Shown: positions 37,742 through 47,780 of the stretch, piece after piece
How the letters are laid out: each line of letters starts with the position of its first letter
Position numbering within the stretch: the first letter of the stretch is position 1
Assembly: GCA_037137535.1 (NCBI GenBank)
Contig: JBAXKC010000001.1
Coordinates: 192,001 to 256,000, forward strand
DNA from: a bacterium
GTDB lineage: Bacteria; Cyanobacteriota; Vampirovibrionia; Gastranaerophilales; JBAXKC01
DNA length: 64,000 bases
Reading direction: 5' to 3'
Position numbers and translations under genes: made by a program
Notes under the pieces: model-generated
The model's input: the letters and a program-made list of their open reading frames with translations, nothing else
Database searches by the model: none
What the model was told of the DNA's origin: nothing

Positions 37742-38602
37742 ATGAAGAAAAAAATTATATTATCCGCTCTTTTAATTATTCTATCTATATTTATGGCTTC
37801 GCTAGTAAGCAATATTCACGACCTTGCTAAATTTTCATTATGGTCTTTGTGGCTTTCTTCAATAATGATTTTTGTAATTCCACGAAAAAATCTTTTCACA
37901 AAACGAAAATATCTTTTAATAATTCCAATTATTTTATTCGGTATTCTTCTCGGAGCAAGCCCAAGCCCAATGGAGTCAATAGGGAGATTAATTTCTTCAT
38001 TTGGAAAATCACCAAAACCTATTTTAATAATTTATTTTCTTATTTTTACTTTGTTTTCTTTATTCGGAGCAAAATTCATTTGCAGTTGGGGTTGTCAATT
38101 AGGCGCTTTACAAGAATCGTTGCATAATACACCTGTTTTCAAAACCAAATATAAGTGGCAAGTGCCTTTTGCAGTAAGTTTAAGTATTAGAAGCTTACTA
38201 TTTATAGCTTCTCTCTGTTTAACTTTTGGCTGGATATTTAAAATCAAGGGGTATCCACTTTATTATAATATTTCTTATTTCCCCATTTATAACTTAGGAC
38301 TAAGACCTTTTGCACTTACGGGATTACCTATATTTTTAATCTTATGCTTATTAACTTATCGCCCATTTTGCTCTTATATCTGTCCTTTTGGACTTTATGC
38401 ATGGATATTGGAACGATTTTCTTTTAATAAGATAAACATAAACGATTCAAAATGCGTTAACTGCAAAAAATGCACCAAAATCTGCCCTACAGAATCGATG
38501 AAAGGTCTTTATAATAAAGAAAGAAAATATTTACTTCCTGATTGCTGGGCTTGCGGAAAATGTATTGAAAATTGCCATGTAAATGCAATAAACTTTGACT
38601 AA
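37742..38602 (+). CDS. Membrane 4Fe-4S protein (NapH/MauN/YccM-like)
   Basis: CSWGCQLG, RPFCSYICPFG, CVNCKKCTKICP, CWACGKCIENC. Confidence 0.85.
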   Translation: MKKKIILSALLIILSIFMASLVSNIHDLAKFSLWSLWLSSIMIFVIPRKNLFTKRKYLLIIPIILFGILLGASPSPMESIGRLISSFGKSPKPILIIYFLIFTLFSLFGAKFICSWGCQLGALQESLHNTPVFKTKYKWQVPFAVSLSIRSLLFIASLCLTFGWIFKIKGYPLYYNISYFPIYNLGLRPFALTGLPIFLILCLLTYRPFCSYICPFGLYAWILERFSFNKININDSKCVNCKKCTKICPTESMKGLYNKERKYLLPDCWACGKCIENCHVNAINFD

Positions 38603-39474
38603 GCAGCTAAAAGTGCTCTTAATTTATCCACATATTTCTTGTTGAAAAATCTTAAAAGAATATATTTTGAATAATAAAGAAAATACATAAATTTAACTAA
38701 TTTTCTTACTGATTTATTATATCTTAATTCAAAAAACAGCAATTCGCTGGCAATATAATGCTTTTCTTTATTAAAATTAGGTTTTTTAGTAGACTGTCCT
38801 TCTAAATGAATAATTTGAGAGTCAGGGAACAGTTTTCCTAAATAACCATTTTTCGCCATACGATAATTCAATTCAACTTCTTCAAAGTACATGAAAAATC
38901 TATCGTCAAAAGCACCGACTTCATCTAAAACAGACTTTCTTATCATTAAATCTGCCCCGATAACACATTGAACATCTTGAGGCTTGGTTCTATCGCTTTG
39001 TTCCGATAAATGGTATCTCATATTAAAGAAAAATCTTATACCTAAAGTCTTATACATTAAGTGCTTAAGACATGGGAAACCACCGAAAGAATTAGCATAG
39101 TTCATATTAGCATCATACAAATTGCCTCCGCAATAACCAATATGAGAATACTCAGGCTTTTCCATATTATCAAACAATATTTTTACTGCATTATTAACCA
39201 ATAATGTATCTGTATTTAAAAGAAAAACATATTTTGCATCAGATTTTTCTATTGCAAGATTATTCCCTCTGCCAAAACCAAGATTTTCTTTACTTTCTAT
39301 TAATTTGACCTGTGGAAATTCTTCTTTTATCATTTCCGCAGAACCATCTTCGGAATCATTATCAACAACCCAAACATCAAAGTCCAAACCGCTGGTTTTT
39401 TCATATATTGAATTAATACAATTTCTTGTTAATTCTTTTGTATTATAGCTCACCAGAATGATCGACACGTCCAT
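38599..39474 (-). CDS. GT2 family glycosyltransferase
   Basis: VVDNDS-DGS, NLGFGRGNN, LLNTDT, FDDRFFMYFEE. Confidence 0.9.
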   Translation of the reverse strand: MDVSIILVSYNTKELTRNCINSIYEKTSGLDFDVWVVDNDSEDGSAEMIKEEFPQVKLIESKENLGFGRGNNLAIEKSDAKYVFLLNTDTLLVNNAVKILFDNMEKPEYSHIGYCGGNLYDANMNYANSFGGFPCLKHLMYKTLGIRFFFNMRYHLSEQSDRTKPQDVQCVIGADLMIRKSVLDEVGAFDDRFFMYFEEVELNYRMAKNGYLGKLFPDSQIIHLEGQSTKKPNFNKEKHYIASELLFFELRYNKSVRKLVKFMYFLYYSKYILLRFFNKKYVDKLRALLAA

Positions 39475-39506
39475 TGATAGTTCTCCGATTATTAAATTAC
39501 TGATTT

Positions 39507-40223
39507 TTAGTGATAACTTATTGTTGTTGAAACAATTTGTCTTATTTTATGTTTATTTTTAACATAAGCCACAGATTTTTTAAACTCTTCGTCAATATGC
39601 CCCCTTCCAATATGATAGCAGTCAAATTGAACAGCTTTTGTATCTATATTATATGTTTTTTTAGCATTTATTGAAAATTCTTCCGCATACATATGAAAGG
39701 TTAAATTCTCATCAAATTTCAACTTGTATTTATTTAGTAAAGAAGAATGGACAATAAGACAACAACAATCCAAAGTCTGAACTATTTCAGGTTTATCCAA
39801 CTTTAAACCATCCAAGGAAAAATTATTTTCGTCATGAATTTGTTTAATCTGCCCAATAACTACGGGAAGCTTTTTTATTCTAAATCTATTTGAAACAAAA
39901 GAAAGTTTTTGCGTATATTTATTAACTCCTGTGGCACCGTATATAAAATTTTTATCTAAATCAGCAAGCACAATATAAGGATCATGATTAAATCCAAAAT
40001 CCTGATGAATAAATACACACCAGAAATCGCTGTCAGCATATACTTTTTCGGAAATAAAATTATTATATATTTTTGAAATAGAGGAATGTTCGGTTCTATT
40101 ATCAAAAACAGTAATCGGATAATGATTTACATTGTTATTATCACGTATAACCTTATTATAAATATCAAATTTATTTACAACAGTTATTATATTTATTTTA
40201 TCATTATTTTCAACTGGCTTCAT
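39507..40223 (-). CDS. Glycosyltransferase-like (GT2-related) protein
   Basis: VFIHQD, VQTLDCCCLI, FDENLTFHMYAEE. Confidence 0.65.
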   Translation of the reverse strand: MKPVENNDKINIITVVNKFDIYNKVIRDNNNVNHYPITVFDNRTEHSSISKIYNNFISEKVYADSDFWCVFIHQDFGFNHDPYIVLADLDKNFIYGATGVNKYTQKLSFVSNRFRIKKLPVVIGQIKQIHDENNFSLDGLKLDKPEIVQTLDCCCLIVHSSLLNKYKLKFDENLTFHMYAEEFSINAKKTYNIDTKAVQFDCYHIGRGHIDEEFKKSVAYVKNKHKIRQIVSTTISYH

Positions 40224-40397
40224 TTTAACAGCACAAAACTTTCATTATTATCTTAATCCAAATCTTATCACAAAACATTATTATTTTTTTGCCGACTATT
40301 AATAAAAACTTTCATAAAAGTTAATGTAAAAATATAGCTAAATACACTTATTTTGTATTATTATTTTGTAGTTGACTCCAATTTTAAAGTGCAAAAA

Positions 40398-41627
40398 ATG
40401 AATAAACATGTATTATTAATTTCATATTATTTCCCTCCTACGCAAGGAATAGGAACTGTCAGACCTGAAGGAACAGCCAAATACCTTGAAAAATTAGGCT
40501 ATAAAGTAACAGTTTTAACTATAACTGCTGAAAATTCGGCTTATATCGAAAAATATAATACATTAAGAGTTCCATGCCCTCAATTTTTAAGAGCAACAAA
40601 ACAAAAAGGCTTTATCAATAAAATCAAAAGGTTCTTTGAACGACAATTCAAAGATATTCTGTTCTTTCCCGATGATAGATGCAAATGGATTGAACCTGCA
40701 GTGAAAGCCGCTTCTGAATTAATAGAAAAAGAAAGACCATGTGCAATTATAAGCTCTTCTTCACCTTATACGGTACATGTAATTGCTCATAAGCTGAAAG
40801 AAAAGTTTAATATCCCATGGATTGCCGACCTTAGAGATCCATGGTCGCAAACTATTTATTATGATCACAGTTTTTGGCGTAGACCTATTGATGCTCTTTA
40901 TGAGCTGAAAATATTAGGAACAGCCGATGTTTTAACGGTTATTTCAGATGGACAGAAAGATTTCTTACAAAAATTACATAAAACTAAAAATATTAAAGCT
41001 GTGACAAATGGTTTTGATCCAGAAAAAGTGCCTACTGTCTCTGTTGAGTTAGATAAAAAACTTTCAATTCTATTTGCGGGTACATTTTATTTAAAATATC
41101 AAAAACCTGAATTATTCTTTGAGGCTTTAGGTGAGTTAATCGCCGAAGGATTAATTGATGATAATAAAATCGAAGTTAATATTTATACAGGTTATTATGA
41201 AGAAATTCAAAAATTAATTAATAATGCCAAACTTGAAAAAGTAGCCAAACAATTTGGAAGAGTAGACCATGAAACTATTTTACAAAAACAAAGGTCAGCT
41301 CAAGTTTTATGGCTTTGTAACTTAGAATTAAACAAAGATAATTTTGGATGTCTGCCAGGTAAAATGTACGAATATTTAACGATGAAAAGACCTATTTTAC
41401 TTGTTGGCGGTGATAAAAATGATGAATTATCAAGACGATTAAAAGAAACAGGCGTTAGCTATGTCGCACATACAAAAAATGAAGTAAAATCCTCATTATT
41501 AGATATGTATAAAGAATTTGAAGAAAATGGATTCATTAAATATAAAGGAATTCCCGATATAGTTAATTCTTACAGTCATGAAAAAATGGCTGAAAAATTT
41601 GCATCAATAATTGAAGAAATTCAATAA
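40398..41627 (+). CDS. GT4 family glycosyltransferase
   Basis: LLISYYFPP-GIG, PWIADLRDPW, TNGFD, PGKMYEYL. Confidence 0.85.
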   Translation: MNKHVLLISYYFPPTQGIGTVRPEGTAKYLEKLGYKVTVLTITAENSAYIEKYNTLRVPCPQFLRATKQKGFINKIKRFFERQFKDILFFPDDRCKWIEPAVKAASELIEKERPCAIISSSSPYTVHVIAHKLKEKFNIPWIADLRDPWSQTIYYDHSFWRRPIDALYELKILGTADVLTVISDGQKDFLQKLHKTKNIKAVTNGFDPEKVPTVSVELDKKLSILFAGTFYLKYQKPELFFEALGELIAEGLIDDNKIEVNIYTGYYEEIQKLINNAKLEKVAKQFGRVDHETILQKQRSAQVLWLCNLELNKDNFGCLPGKMYEYLTMKRPILLVGGDKNDELSRRLKETGVSYVAHTKNEVKSSLLDMYKEFEENGFIKYKGIPDIVNSYSHEKMAEKFASIIEEIQ

Positions 41628-41633
41628 TAACAA

Positions 41634-42044
41634 TTAAACTATATCTTTTAACTGTTTAATACATTTTTTGTCATCAAAAAATAAATGTTTCATTAAATAA
41701 TGTAAAACCAACTGATTTGTCATTAAAGCTTTAACGACTACAGGATAATTATTTAAATCTAAATCATTTAAATAATCACTCATTACTTTATGCTGAATAA
41801 CATGTTTTTCAACATCAGGCAAGCCATGTTGCTTATATATGGTAATTTCATCTTCAAAATGCTTTAAAATAACACCTTTAGTTTCTTCGATCTCTGCAAT
41901 AAGATCACTTTCTTTTGTATTAATATCCGCACTCATTTCAAACAATCTATTTGCCATTTCGGCAACTTTTTTATGCCCATCATCAATTATTTCTATATTT
42001 GTTAAGTATTCATCAGAAAAATCTATTTGCCATAATTTATTCAT
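41634..42044 (-). CDS. Bacteriohemerythrin-like protein
   Basis: IDDGH, HFEDE, HVIQH, HLFFDD di-iron ligand pattern. Confidence 0.8.
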   Translation of the reverse strand: MNKLWQIDFSDEYLTNIEIIDDGHKKVAEMANRLFEMSADINTKESDLIAEIEETKGVILKHFEDEITIYKQHGLPDVEKHVIQHKVMSDYLNDLDLNNYPVVVKALMTNQLVLHYLMKHLFFDDKKCIKQLKDIV

Positions 42045-42083
42045 AATTATCCCTTTTCCGAATAAAAAATCATCAATTTTTTA

Positions 42084-42494
42084 TTACTTTGATTTTTTTA
42101 TCATTTCAATACATTTTTTATCTTCAGAATACAAATGTTGCACTAAATAACGTAAAATTATCTGATTCATCATCATTGCCTTCACAAGAATAGGATGAGG
42201 CTCTAAATCTAATTCATTAACATAATTTTTTATTTCTTCATGTTTTAAATTATGCTCTTCAACTGTTGGCAAATTATATTTTTTATATAAGGCAATCTCT
42301 TCTTCAAAATGCCCTAAAAGTGCTTGCTTACTCTCTTCAATATATTTAACAAGATCAGCTTCTTTTGTATTAAGCCCCGTACTCATTTCATAAAGTTTAT
42401 TTGCACGCATTGCAAGATCTTTATGGCTATTATCAATAATCTCCACATTTGTTAAATATTCATCAGAAAACTCTATTTCCCATAATATGTCCAT
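42084..42494 (-). CDS. Bacteriohemerythrin-like protein (tandem paralog)
   Basis: IDNSH, HFEEE, HNLKH, HLYSED. Confidence 0.8.
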   Translation of the reverse strand: MDILWEIEFSDEYLTNVEIIDNSHKDLAMRANKLYEMSTGLNTKEADLVKYIEESKQALLGHFEEEIALYKKYNLPTVEEHNLKHEEIKNYVNELDLEPHPILVKAMMMNQIILRYLVQHLYSEDKKCIEMIKKSK

Positions 42495-42643
42495 AAGCTG
42501 ACCTCTTATATAACTCCAATAAATAGAATTGTTATTATATTGAATAGTATTACCAGTTTAAAACAGTAATACCAATATTTCATTAGCCAAAATAATGGAA
42601 TTTAAATTGATAATTAATTGAATATATAGCCACTACAAACAAG

Positions 42644-42670
42644 AAAAATCCCTCAAGATGAGGGATTTTT
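42644..42670 (-). terminator. Terminator after kdsC
   Basis: AAAATCCCTC-aagat-GAGGGATTTT. Confidence 0.7.
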
Positions 42671-42671
42671 A

Positions 42672-43184
42672 CTAATGATGCATTTTTATTCTTGCACCCT
42701 GACTTTCGAGGATAAAATCAGTAATTTCTCTGACTGCACCTTTTCCGCCTTCTTTTGAAGCAATATAATGACAAACTTTTTTAACTTCAGTTACTGCATC
42801 AATTGGGCAAAAAGCCAATCCAACCTTTTCAAGAATACATAAATCCGGTAAATCATCACCTACATAAGCAACATGCTCAAATCCAAGATTATATTTAGAC
42901 ATAATTTCTTGTAGCGCAATTATTTTATGTCTTACGCCCTGATAAACATGGGCTATTTCAAGATCTTTTGATCTTTTTTCTACTATAGGTGATTTTCTTG
43001 CGGTAATAATTGCAGTTATAAGACCTGCTGACCTGAGCATATTCATCCCCTGACCGTCTTTTGCGTTAAAGATTTTTATTTCTTCACCAGCATCAGTATA
43101 AATTATCTCGCCATTAGTTAATACACCATCAACATCAAAGGCAATAAGTTTTATAATTTTAGCTTTTTCTTTAAGTTTATCCAT
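42672..43184 (-). CDS. kdsC: KDO-8-phosphate phosphatase
   Basis: FDVDGVLT, FNAKDG, YVGDDLPD, GGKGAVRE. Confidence 0.93.
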   Translation of the reverse strand: MDKLKEKAKIIKLIAFDVDGVLTNGEIIYTDAGEEIKIFNAKDGQGMNMLRSAGLITAIITARKSPIVEKRSKDLEIAHVYQGVRHKIIALQEIMSKYNLGFEHVAYVGDDLPDLCILEKVGLAFCPIDAVTEVKKVCHYIASKEGGKGAVREITDFILESQGARIKMHH

Positions 43185-43202
43185 TTATTTGACTCTCCAG
43201 TT

Positions 43203-44207
43203 CTAGGCTACGCCTGCTTTTAACAGATCGTGTATGTGAATTGTTCCTTCCGGAATATTATTTTCATCTGTAATTATAAGTGAAGTTATTGCAAATTTCT
43301 CCATTATTTGAAGAGCTTTTGCGGCTAGTGCAGTTTTTTCTATTGTCTTTGGATTATAGCTCATAACTTCATGTACTTTTAATTGATCCGTAGGCAAATC
43401 ATTTAACAAAGTTCTTCTTATATCTCCATCAGTCAAAATACCTTTAAGTTTATTTTCTTCATCAACGACGATTGCCATTCCCAGCTTTTTATCGGTTATT
43501 TTAACAATAGCTTCTTTAAAAGGCATTTCTGAAGACACAATAGGAAGTCTATCACCTGAAAGCATAAGATCTTCTACCTTCCAGAAAATACCTTTTCCAA
43601 GACTTCCTGACGGATGGAAAAGCAAGAAATCATCAGAAGTAAATCCTCTTTTTTTAAGAAGACATACAGCAAGAGCATCTCCAATAGCCAGCGTAGCTGT
43701 GGTGCTTGCTGTTGGTGCAAGCCCTAACGGACAAGCCTCTCTTTCGACAGAAATATCTATTGTTTCATCAGAAGCTAAAGCAAGAGTTGATTTGGTTTTA
43801 CCCGTCAATCCAATTAGTTTAACGCCAAATCTTTTAATAATTGGCAGTAATTTTAACAATTCCGCTGTTTCACCGCTGTTAGATATTGCTATTACGGTGT
43901 CTTCTCTGGTTAAAATTCCTGAATCACCATGAGTACTTTCAGCAGGATGCAGAAAATACGAAGGAGTTCCTGTGCTGGAAAAGGTGGCTGCAATCTTTTT
44001 ACCGATAAGACCTGATTTACCCATGCCTGTTATAATAACTCTGCCACGACATTTATATAAAATTTCAACAGCATTTATAAAGCTGTCATCTAATCTGTCT
44101 ATAAGGTTCTTAATTGATTCTGTTTCAATTTCAAGAACTTCTTTCGCTGTTTCTATTATTTGCTCTGATGAGCTTAAAGTTTTAATATTTATTACAGTTT
44201 CAGACAC
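43203..44207 (-). CDS. kdsD: Arabinose-5-phosphate isomerase (KpsF/GutQ, SIS + CBS)
   Basis: TGMGKSG, STGTP, HGD-G, ISNSGET, APTAST, CBS pair; GTG at 44207 after GGAGG. Confidence 0.93.
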   Translation of the reverse strand: MSETVINIKTLSSSEQIIETAKEVLEIETESIKNLIDRLDDSFINAVEILYKCRGRVIITGMGKSGLIGKKIAATFSSTGTPSYFLHPAESTHGDSGILTREDTVIAISNSGETAELLKLLPIIKRFGVKLIGLTGKTKSTLALASDETIDISVEREACPLGLAPTASTTATLAIGDALAVCLLKKRGFTSDDFLLFHPSGSLGKGIFWKVEDLMLSGDRLPIVSSEMPFKEAIVKITDKKLGMAIVVDEENKLKGILTDGDIRRTLLNDLPTDQLKVHEVMSYNPKTIEKTALAAKALQIMEKFAITSLIITDENNIPEGTIHIHDLLKAGVA

Positions 44208-44517
44208 TGTTAACCTCCGAAATTTATGTTTAATCTTATTATTTAACACTCAAAGGAATTTGCAAAATCGTTATGCCTTTAAATCCTTTTAACTACCTTA
44301 GGTTAAATTACATAAATAAAGTTTCATTAACCTGTAGTATAGAACAAAAAGGCTACTCTTGACTGTTTTTTAGTGCATTGACTTGTTGTGTTTTTTAATT
44401 TGTAAACTCATACTAATGGAGGAAAAACATTAAATTTTATTATGAAATGTTAAAGTTTTTTAATATAGAGCCGATTACTTTCATGTGACAAGGTTTAACA
44501 AAATTAAGAAGGATGAT

Positions 44518-44952
44518 ATGTTTTTGCAAAAAGCGTTTGTAGAAAATAAGAGCATCAGTTCGGCTGTTAAAAAAGGATTTTTAACAAAGTATTTTCAAGG
44601 CAATTCTGCATCAAACTATAAGATGGTTTATTTGCAAAATGGAAATACTGTTTTAATTAAAGTTGAACAAGATGATGATTTTGTAGCCGAAAAAATTGGC
44701 GGCATTGTTAAAGAAAAAATTCAAAATGAAAAAGTTAAAACGCTGGTTTTAGATTTATGCAGTATTAATTGCATTAATAGCGTAAAAATAGCAGGTTTAG
44801 TCGCTGCTCATTCATTAACAGCTTCTCAAGCATTTAAAGTCAATGTAATTACAAATGATTATCAAAGCAAAAGATTAATCGAAGTATTAAACCCAGGAAA
44901 TTTAAACGTAGAAGTATTGGATCAATCTCTTAAAACGGTTGTATCAGCATAA
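44518..44952 (+). CDS. STAS-domain-like protein
   Basis: TLVLDLCSINCINSVKIAGLV resembles the STAS LDLxxVxxxDS motif. Confidence 0.5.
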   Translation: MFLQKAFVENKSISSAVKKGFLTKYFQGNSASNYKMVYLQNGNTVLIKVEQDDDFVAEKIGGIVKEKIQNEKVKTLVLDLCSINCINSVKIAGLVAAHSLTASQAFKVNVITNDYQSKRLIEVLNPGNLNVEVLDQSLKTVVSA

Positions 44953-46667
44953 ATCTTTTGTTTTTCACACGATTTTAAAATATTGTAGTAATCAGTTATG
45001 AAGTTTTCATCTGAAGAATAATCATTATCAAGAATAGCCTTTAAATACCTGTTTAACAAAACAGGTATTAATTTATGAGTTAAACCGCTAAAATCAATAG
45101 AAAACTCGTTAATTCCTGCATCCGCTATTTTGGGAATAGATTTAAACAGGTCTAATACTTTTTCCTCAAATAAGTGCATTCTGCAAAATCCATCAACTGC
45201 AATAGGAAATAACTTTTTCTTTAAAGGATCTGAAATTGCGTAACTGCCATGATGGCAAGGAGCAAAACATGAAAGCCTTGAAAGTATTGCAGGATCATTA
45301 TTTAATGGACATAACCCTGAGGATGGTATTCTTATATTACCGCCAATTGTAAGTTTTCTATTCGGTATATTACTTCCTATATTGTTTATACAGGTTTTTA
45401 TATCGTCAATATTTTTGTAATTGGAAAAATCAATGGAATTAATTTTTCCGAATTTTGTTAAACACTTGACAGAACTGCTTCCAATGACATTTAAACCTTG
45501 TCCCATCTCAATATTTAAGTCATCAAAGTCTACATCATTTATTATTGACCATAAAAGTCCTATATTATTGACAATAATCCCTTGCGGACGAGGGGACTCA
45601 AGACATAACTGCTTTATATAATCATTAACTCTTTCAAAATCACGTTCAATTAAAACCTTTGGAGTACTTAAAAACAATTGAATATTATATCGTTCACAAT
45701 CTCTTTTAACTTTTTCTATGATTTTATTAAAACTATTTTTAGCTAAATCAGCAGTCGATAAAATCTCTCCATATTCTATTGAATAAACGGGGTTAAATTT
45801 AAGCGATTTTATATAATTTTTCAAAGTTTTAAACTGCTCAAGAGTAGTAAGCCTAACGTTCAGACGTGGCAAGTTCTGTATATCTTTAAGAGCAGGTTTT
45901 TTATAGCTAAATCTTTTATATTTCCAATTAAATTGCTGGATATTACCTGTAAATTTAAAGGCTTTACCTTTAGAGCTTTGAAATTCCCCTGAGAAATGAT
46001 TTGTTCTGTATGAAGAATTTTCAAAATGCTTAAAAGGAAGTTTTGTACTTTCAGGAGTACATTTATTTTTCAAAATTTTCTCAACAGTTGTAATTCCCTC
46101 TAAAAGTGTTTTTGATTTTTTAATATCACCTTTAATAAAAACATAATCAACCGCTTTATTTTTTATTATATCGCAGGAAATCCAAGGAAGATTATCGGCA
46201 TCAATATAAACTTTGCATTTTGAATATTGCTTAATTTTAGAGAGATTTCTTATATAAATTTCTTCTGTTAAATTAACACTACTAACAGGATATAAATTAT
46301 TCAAAAAGTCTAATCCTGACATATTGTGAATGTTCAAGCCTGAGTCAATTATCACCTTAAAATTAATCTCTTTAGTATTAAGATATGAAAGTAAACCTAT
46401 ATTATTAATAAGAATTCCATCGATATTTTTATTTAATAAAATTTCTAGAATTTGAATATTTTCTTTTTCTTCTTTTTCAGATTCAGGTCGTTTAAATTTT
46501 ATATACAACTCAAACTTATGCTTTTGAACTTGTTCAAAAACACTCTTAAATATAGATTCGTCCCCTTTTTTCAAATAAGAACTTGCCAAATATACGCTAC
46601 GACATCCGGTTTGACTTATTATTTCAATATCTTCGGGTGAATTAACGGGGGCGATAATTTTTATCAT
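44922..46667 (-). CDS. U32 'peptidase' family protein, divergent
   Basis: IIAPVNS N-terminus, IDGILINNIG, LNIHN, second domain GIIVNNIG, Cys cluster CPL...CFAPC...CRMH. Confidence 0.6.
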   Translation of the reverse strand: MIKIIAPVNSPEDIEIISQTGCRSVYLASSYLKKGDESIFKSVFEQVQKHKFELYIKFKRPESEKEEKENIQILEILLNKNIDGILINNIGLLSYLNTKEINFKVIIDSGLNIHNMSGLDFLNNLYPVSSVNLTEEIYIRNLSKIKQYSKCKVYIDADNLPWISCDIIKNKAVDYVFIKGDIKKSKTLLEGITTVEKILKNKCTPESTKLPFKHFENSSYRTNHFSGEFQSSKGKAFKFTGNIQQFNWKYKRFSYKKPALKDIQNLPRLNVRLTTLEQFKTLKNYIKSLKFNPVYSIEYGEILSTADLAKNSFNKIIEKVKRDCERYNIQLFLSTPKVLIERDFERVNDYIKQLCLESPRPQGIIVNNIGLLWSIINDVDFDDLNIEMGQGLNVIGSSSVKCLTKFGKINSIDFSNYKNIDDIKTCINNIGSNIPNRKLTIGGNIRIPSSGLCPLNNDPAILSRLSCFAPCHHGSYAISDPLKKKLFPIAVDGFCRMHLFEEKVLDLFKSIPKIADAGINEFSIDFSGLTHKLIPVLLNRYLKAILDNDYSSDENFITDYYNILKSCEKQKIYADTTVLRD

Positions 46668-47020
46668 TTTTTTTGGCCGATAGTTTAAAAAGTTTTGTAA
46701 TAATTATATATTTTACCCTTAAATCACTAAAATGTTTGTAAAAAATTGTAATCTATATAAATAGATATTTCAGTTAAAGCCTTCTTTTCAACCTTCATCA
46801 TGCTTTTACCTTATTGCGGTTTGTAAACTTTTGTAAACACCTTTCAGCTTTCTCCTATTTATGGTATTTTAGCTGTACTACAAATGCGTGTAGCTGCTAT
46901 TAATTGACCATCCTAAAGTTTAATGAACTTTTACATAGAGTACTAAATCCTATATATAGTGTATAGGTATAGTAGATAGCTATAGGTACAATTGAATAAA
47001 GCATGGATTACTGGATTAAT

Positions 47021-47749
47021 ATGAAAAAAGTTTTCAACCTAATAATTATTATATTTGCTTGTTTATCAGTAGCAGGATGTGATTTTAATTCTGCAAGCAC
47101 TGATGAAACTCTAAACAAAGCAGATATGCCTACAATGATGGCAAATAATCAAAACGAAGCTAAACAGCCTGCCTTTAACTTTGAAGATGCAAGAAACTAT
47201 GATAATGACGAAGAAAAAGTTATAGAAGTAACAAATTCAAATATAGGAAGAAAAGATCCTTTTAAGCCATTTAATGAAAAAATTATCAGCTCACTAAAAG
47301 GAAACAATTCGTCTAATAATGATGCGCTTATTCTTCCACCCAGCACAAACCCTCTTATATTAAACGATGATAAAAGCCTTAACGGCGTACCATTACCTCC
47401 ATCCTACGATGCTGATTCTCCTTTAATTAAAATGATGAAAATAAGGATTGGCGGTATTCTATATGACACACAAGGATCTTCTGCCATTCTAAATGTTGAT
47501 GGTGATGATTATGTTGTTCATGAAGGTGATAAAATCTTTGATTTCCGTGTAAAAGAAATTACTCCTGACAAAGTAGCTATTGCCTGTGGCAAAAACATCT
47601 ATAAAAAAGGAGTTGGCGAAATGTTTACCGGCAAATTAAATTCTAGCCCGGTAAAAGGTGTTAATAACATGTATGCAGGTAAAAAAAGAAACAGTACCCT
47701 TGAAAAACTCCCTGATATAAGGTTTGTTTCCCCTACAACTTACCTATAA
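47021..47749 (+). CDS. PilP-like lipoprotein
   Basis: Lipobox VAGC; GRKDPFKP motif; IGGILY...SAIL...VHEGD beta-domain; lies upstream of the secretin. Confidence 0.65.
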   Translation: MKKVFNLIIIIFACLSVAGCDFNSASTDETLNKADMPTMMANNQNEAKQPAFNFEDARNYDNDEEKVIEVTNSNIGRKDPFKPFNEKIISSLKGNNSSNNDALILPPSTNPLILNDDKSLNGVPLPPSYDADSPLIKMMKIRIGGILYDTQGSSAILNVDGDDYVVHEGDKIFDFRVKEITPDKVAIACGKNIYKKGVGEMFTGKLNSSPVKGVNNMYAGKKRNSTLEKLPDIRFVSPTTYL

Positions 47750-47780
47750 ACAAAACGACTGCGTAAGGAGCATATAAGCA

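Noticed and set aside
25730-38600. Prophage or integrative element at tRNA-His
   Set aside because: No integrase, phage genes or duplicated tRNA 3' end (att) found by eye.
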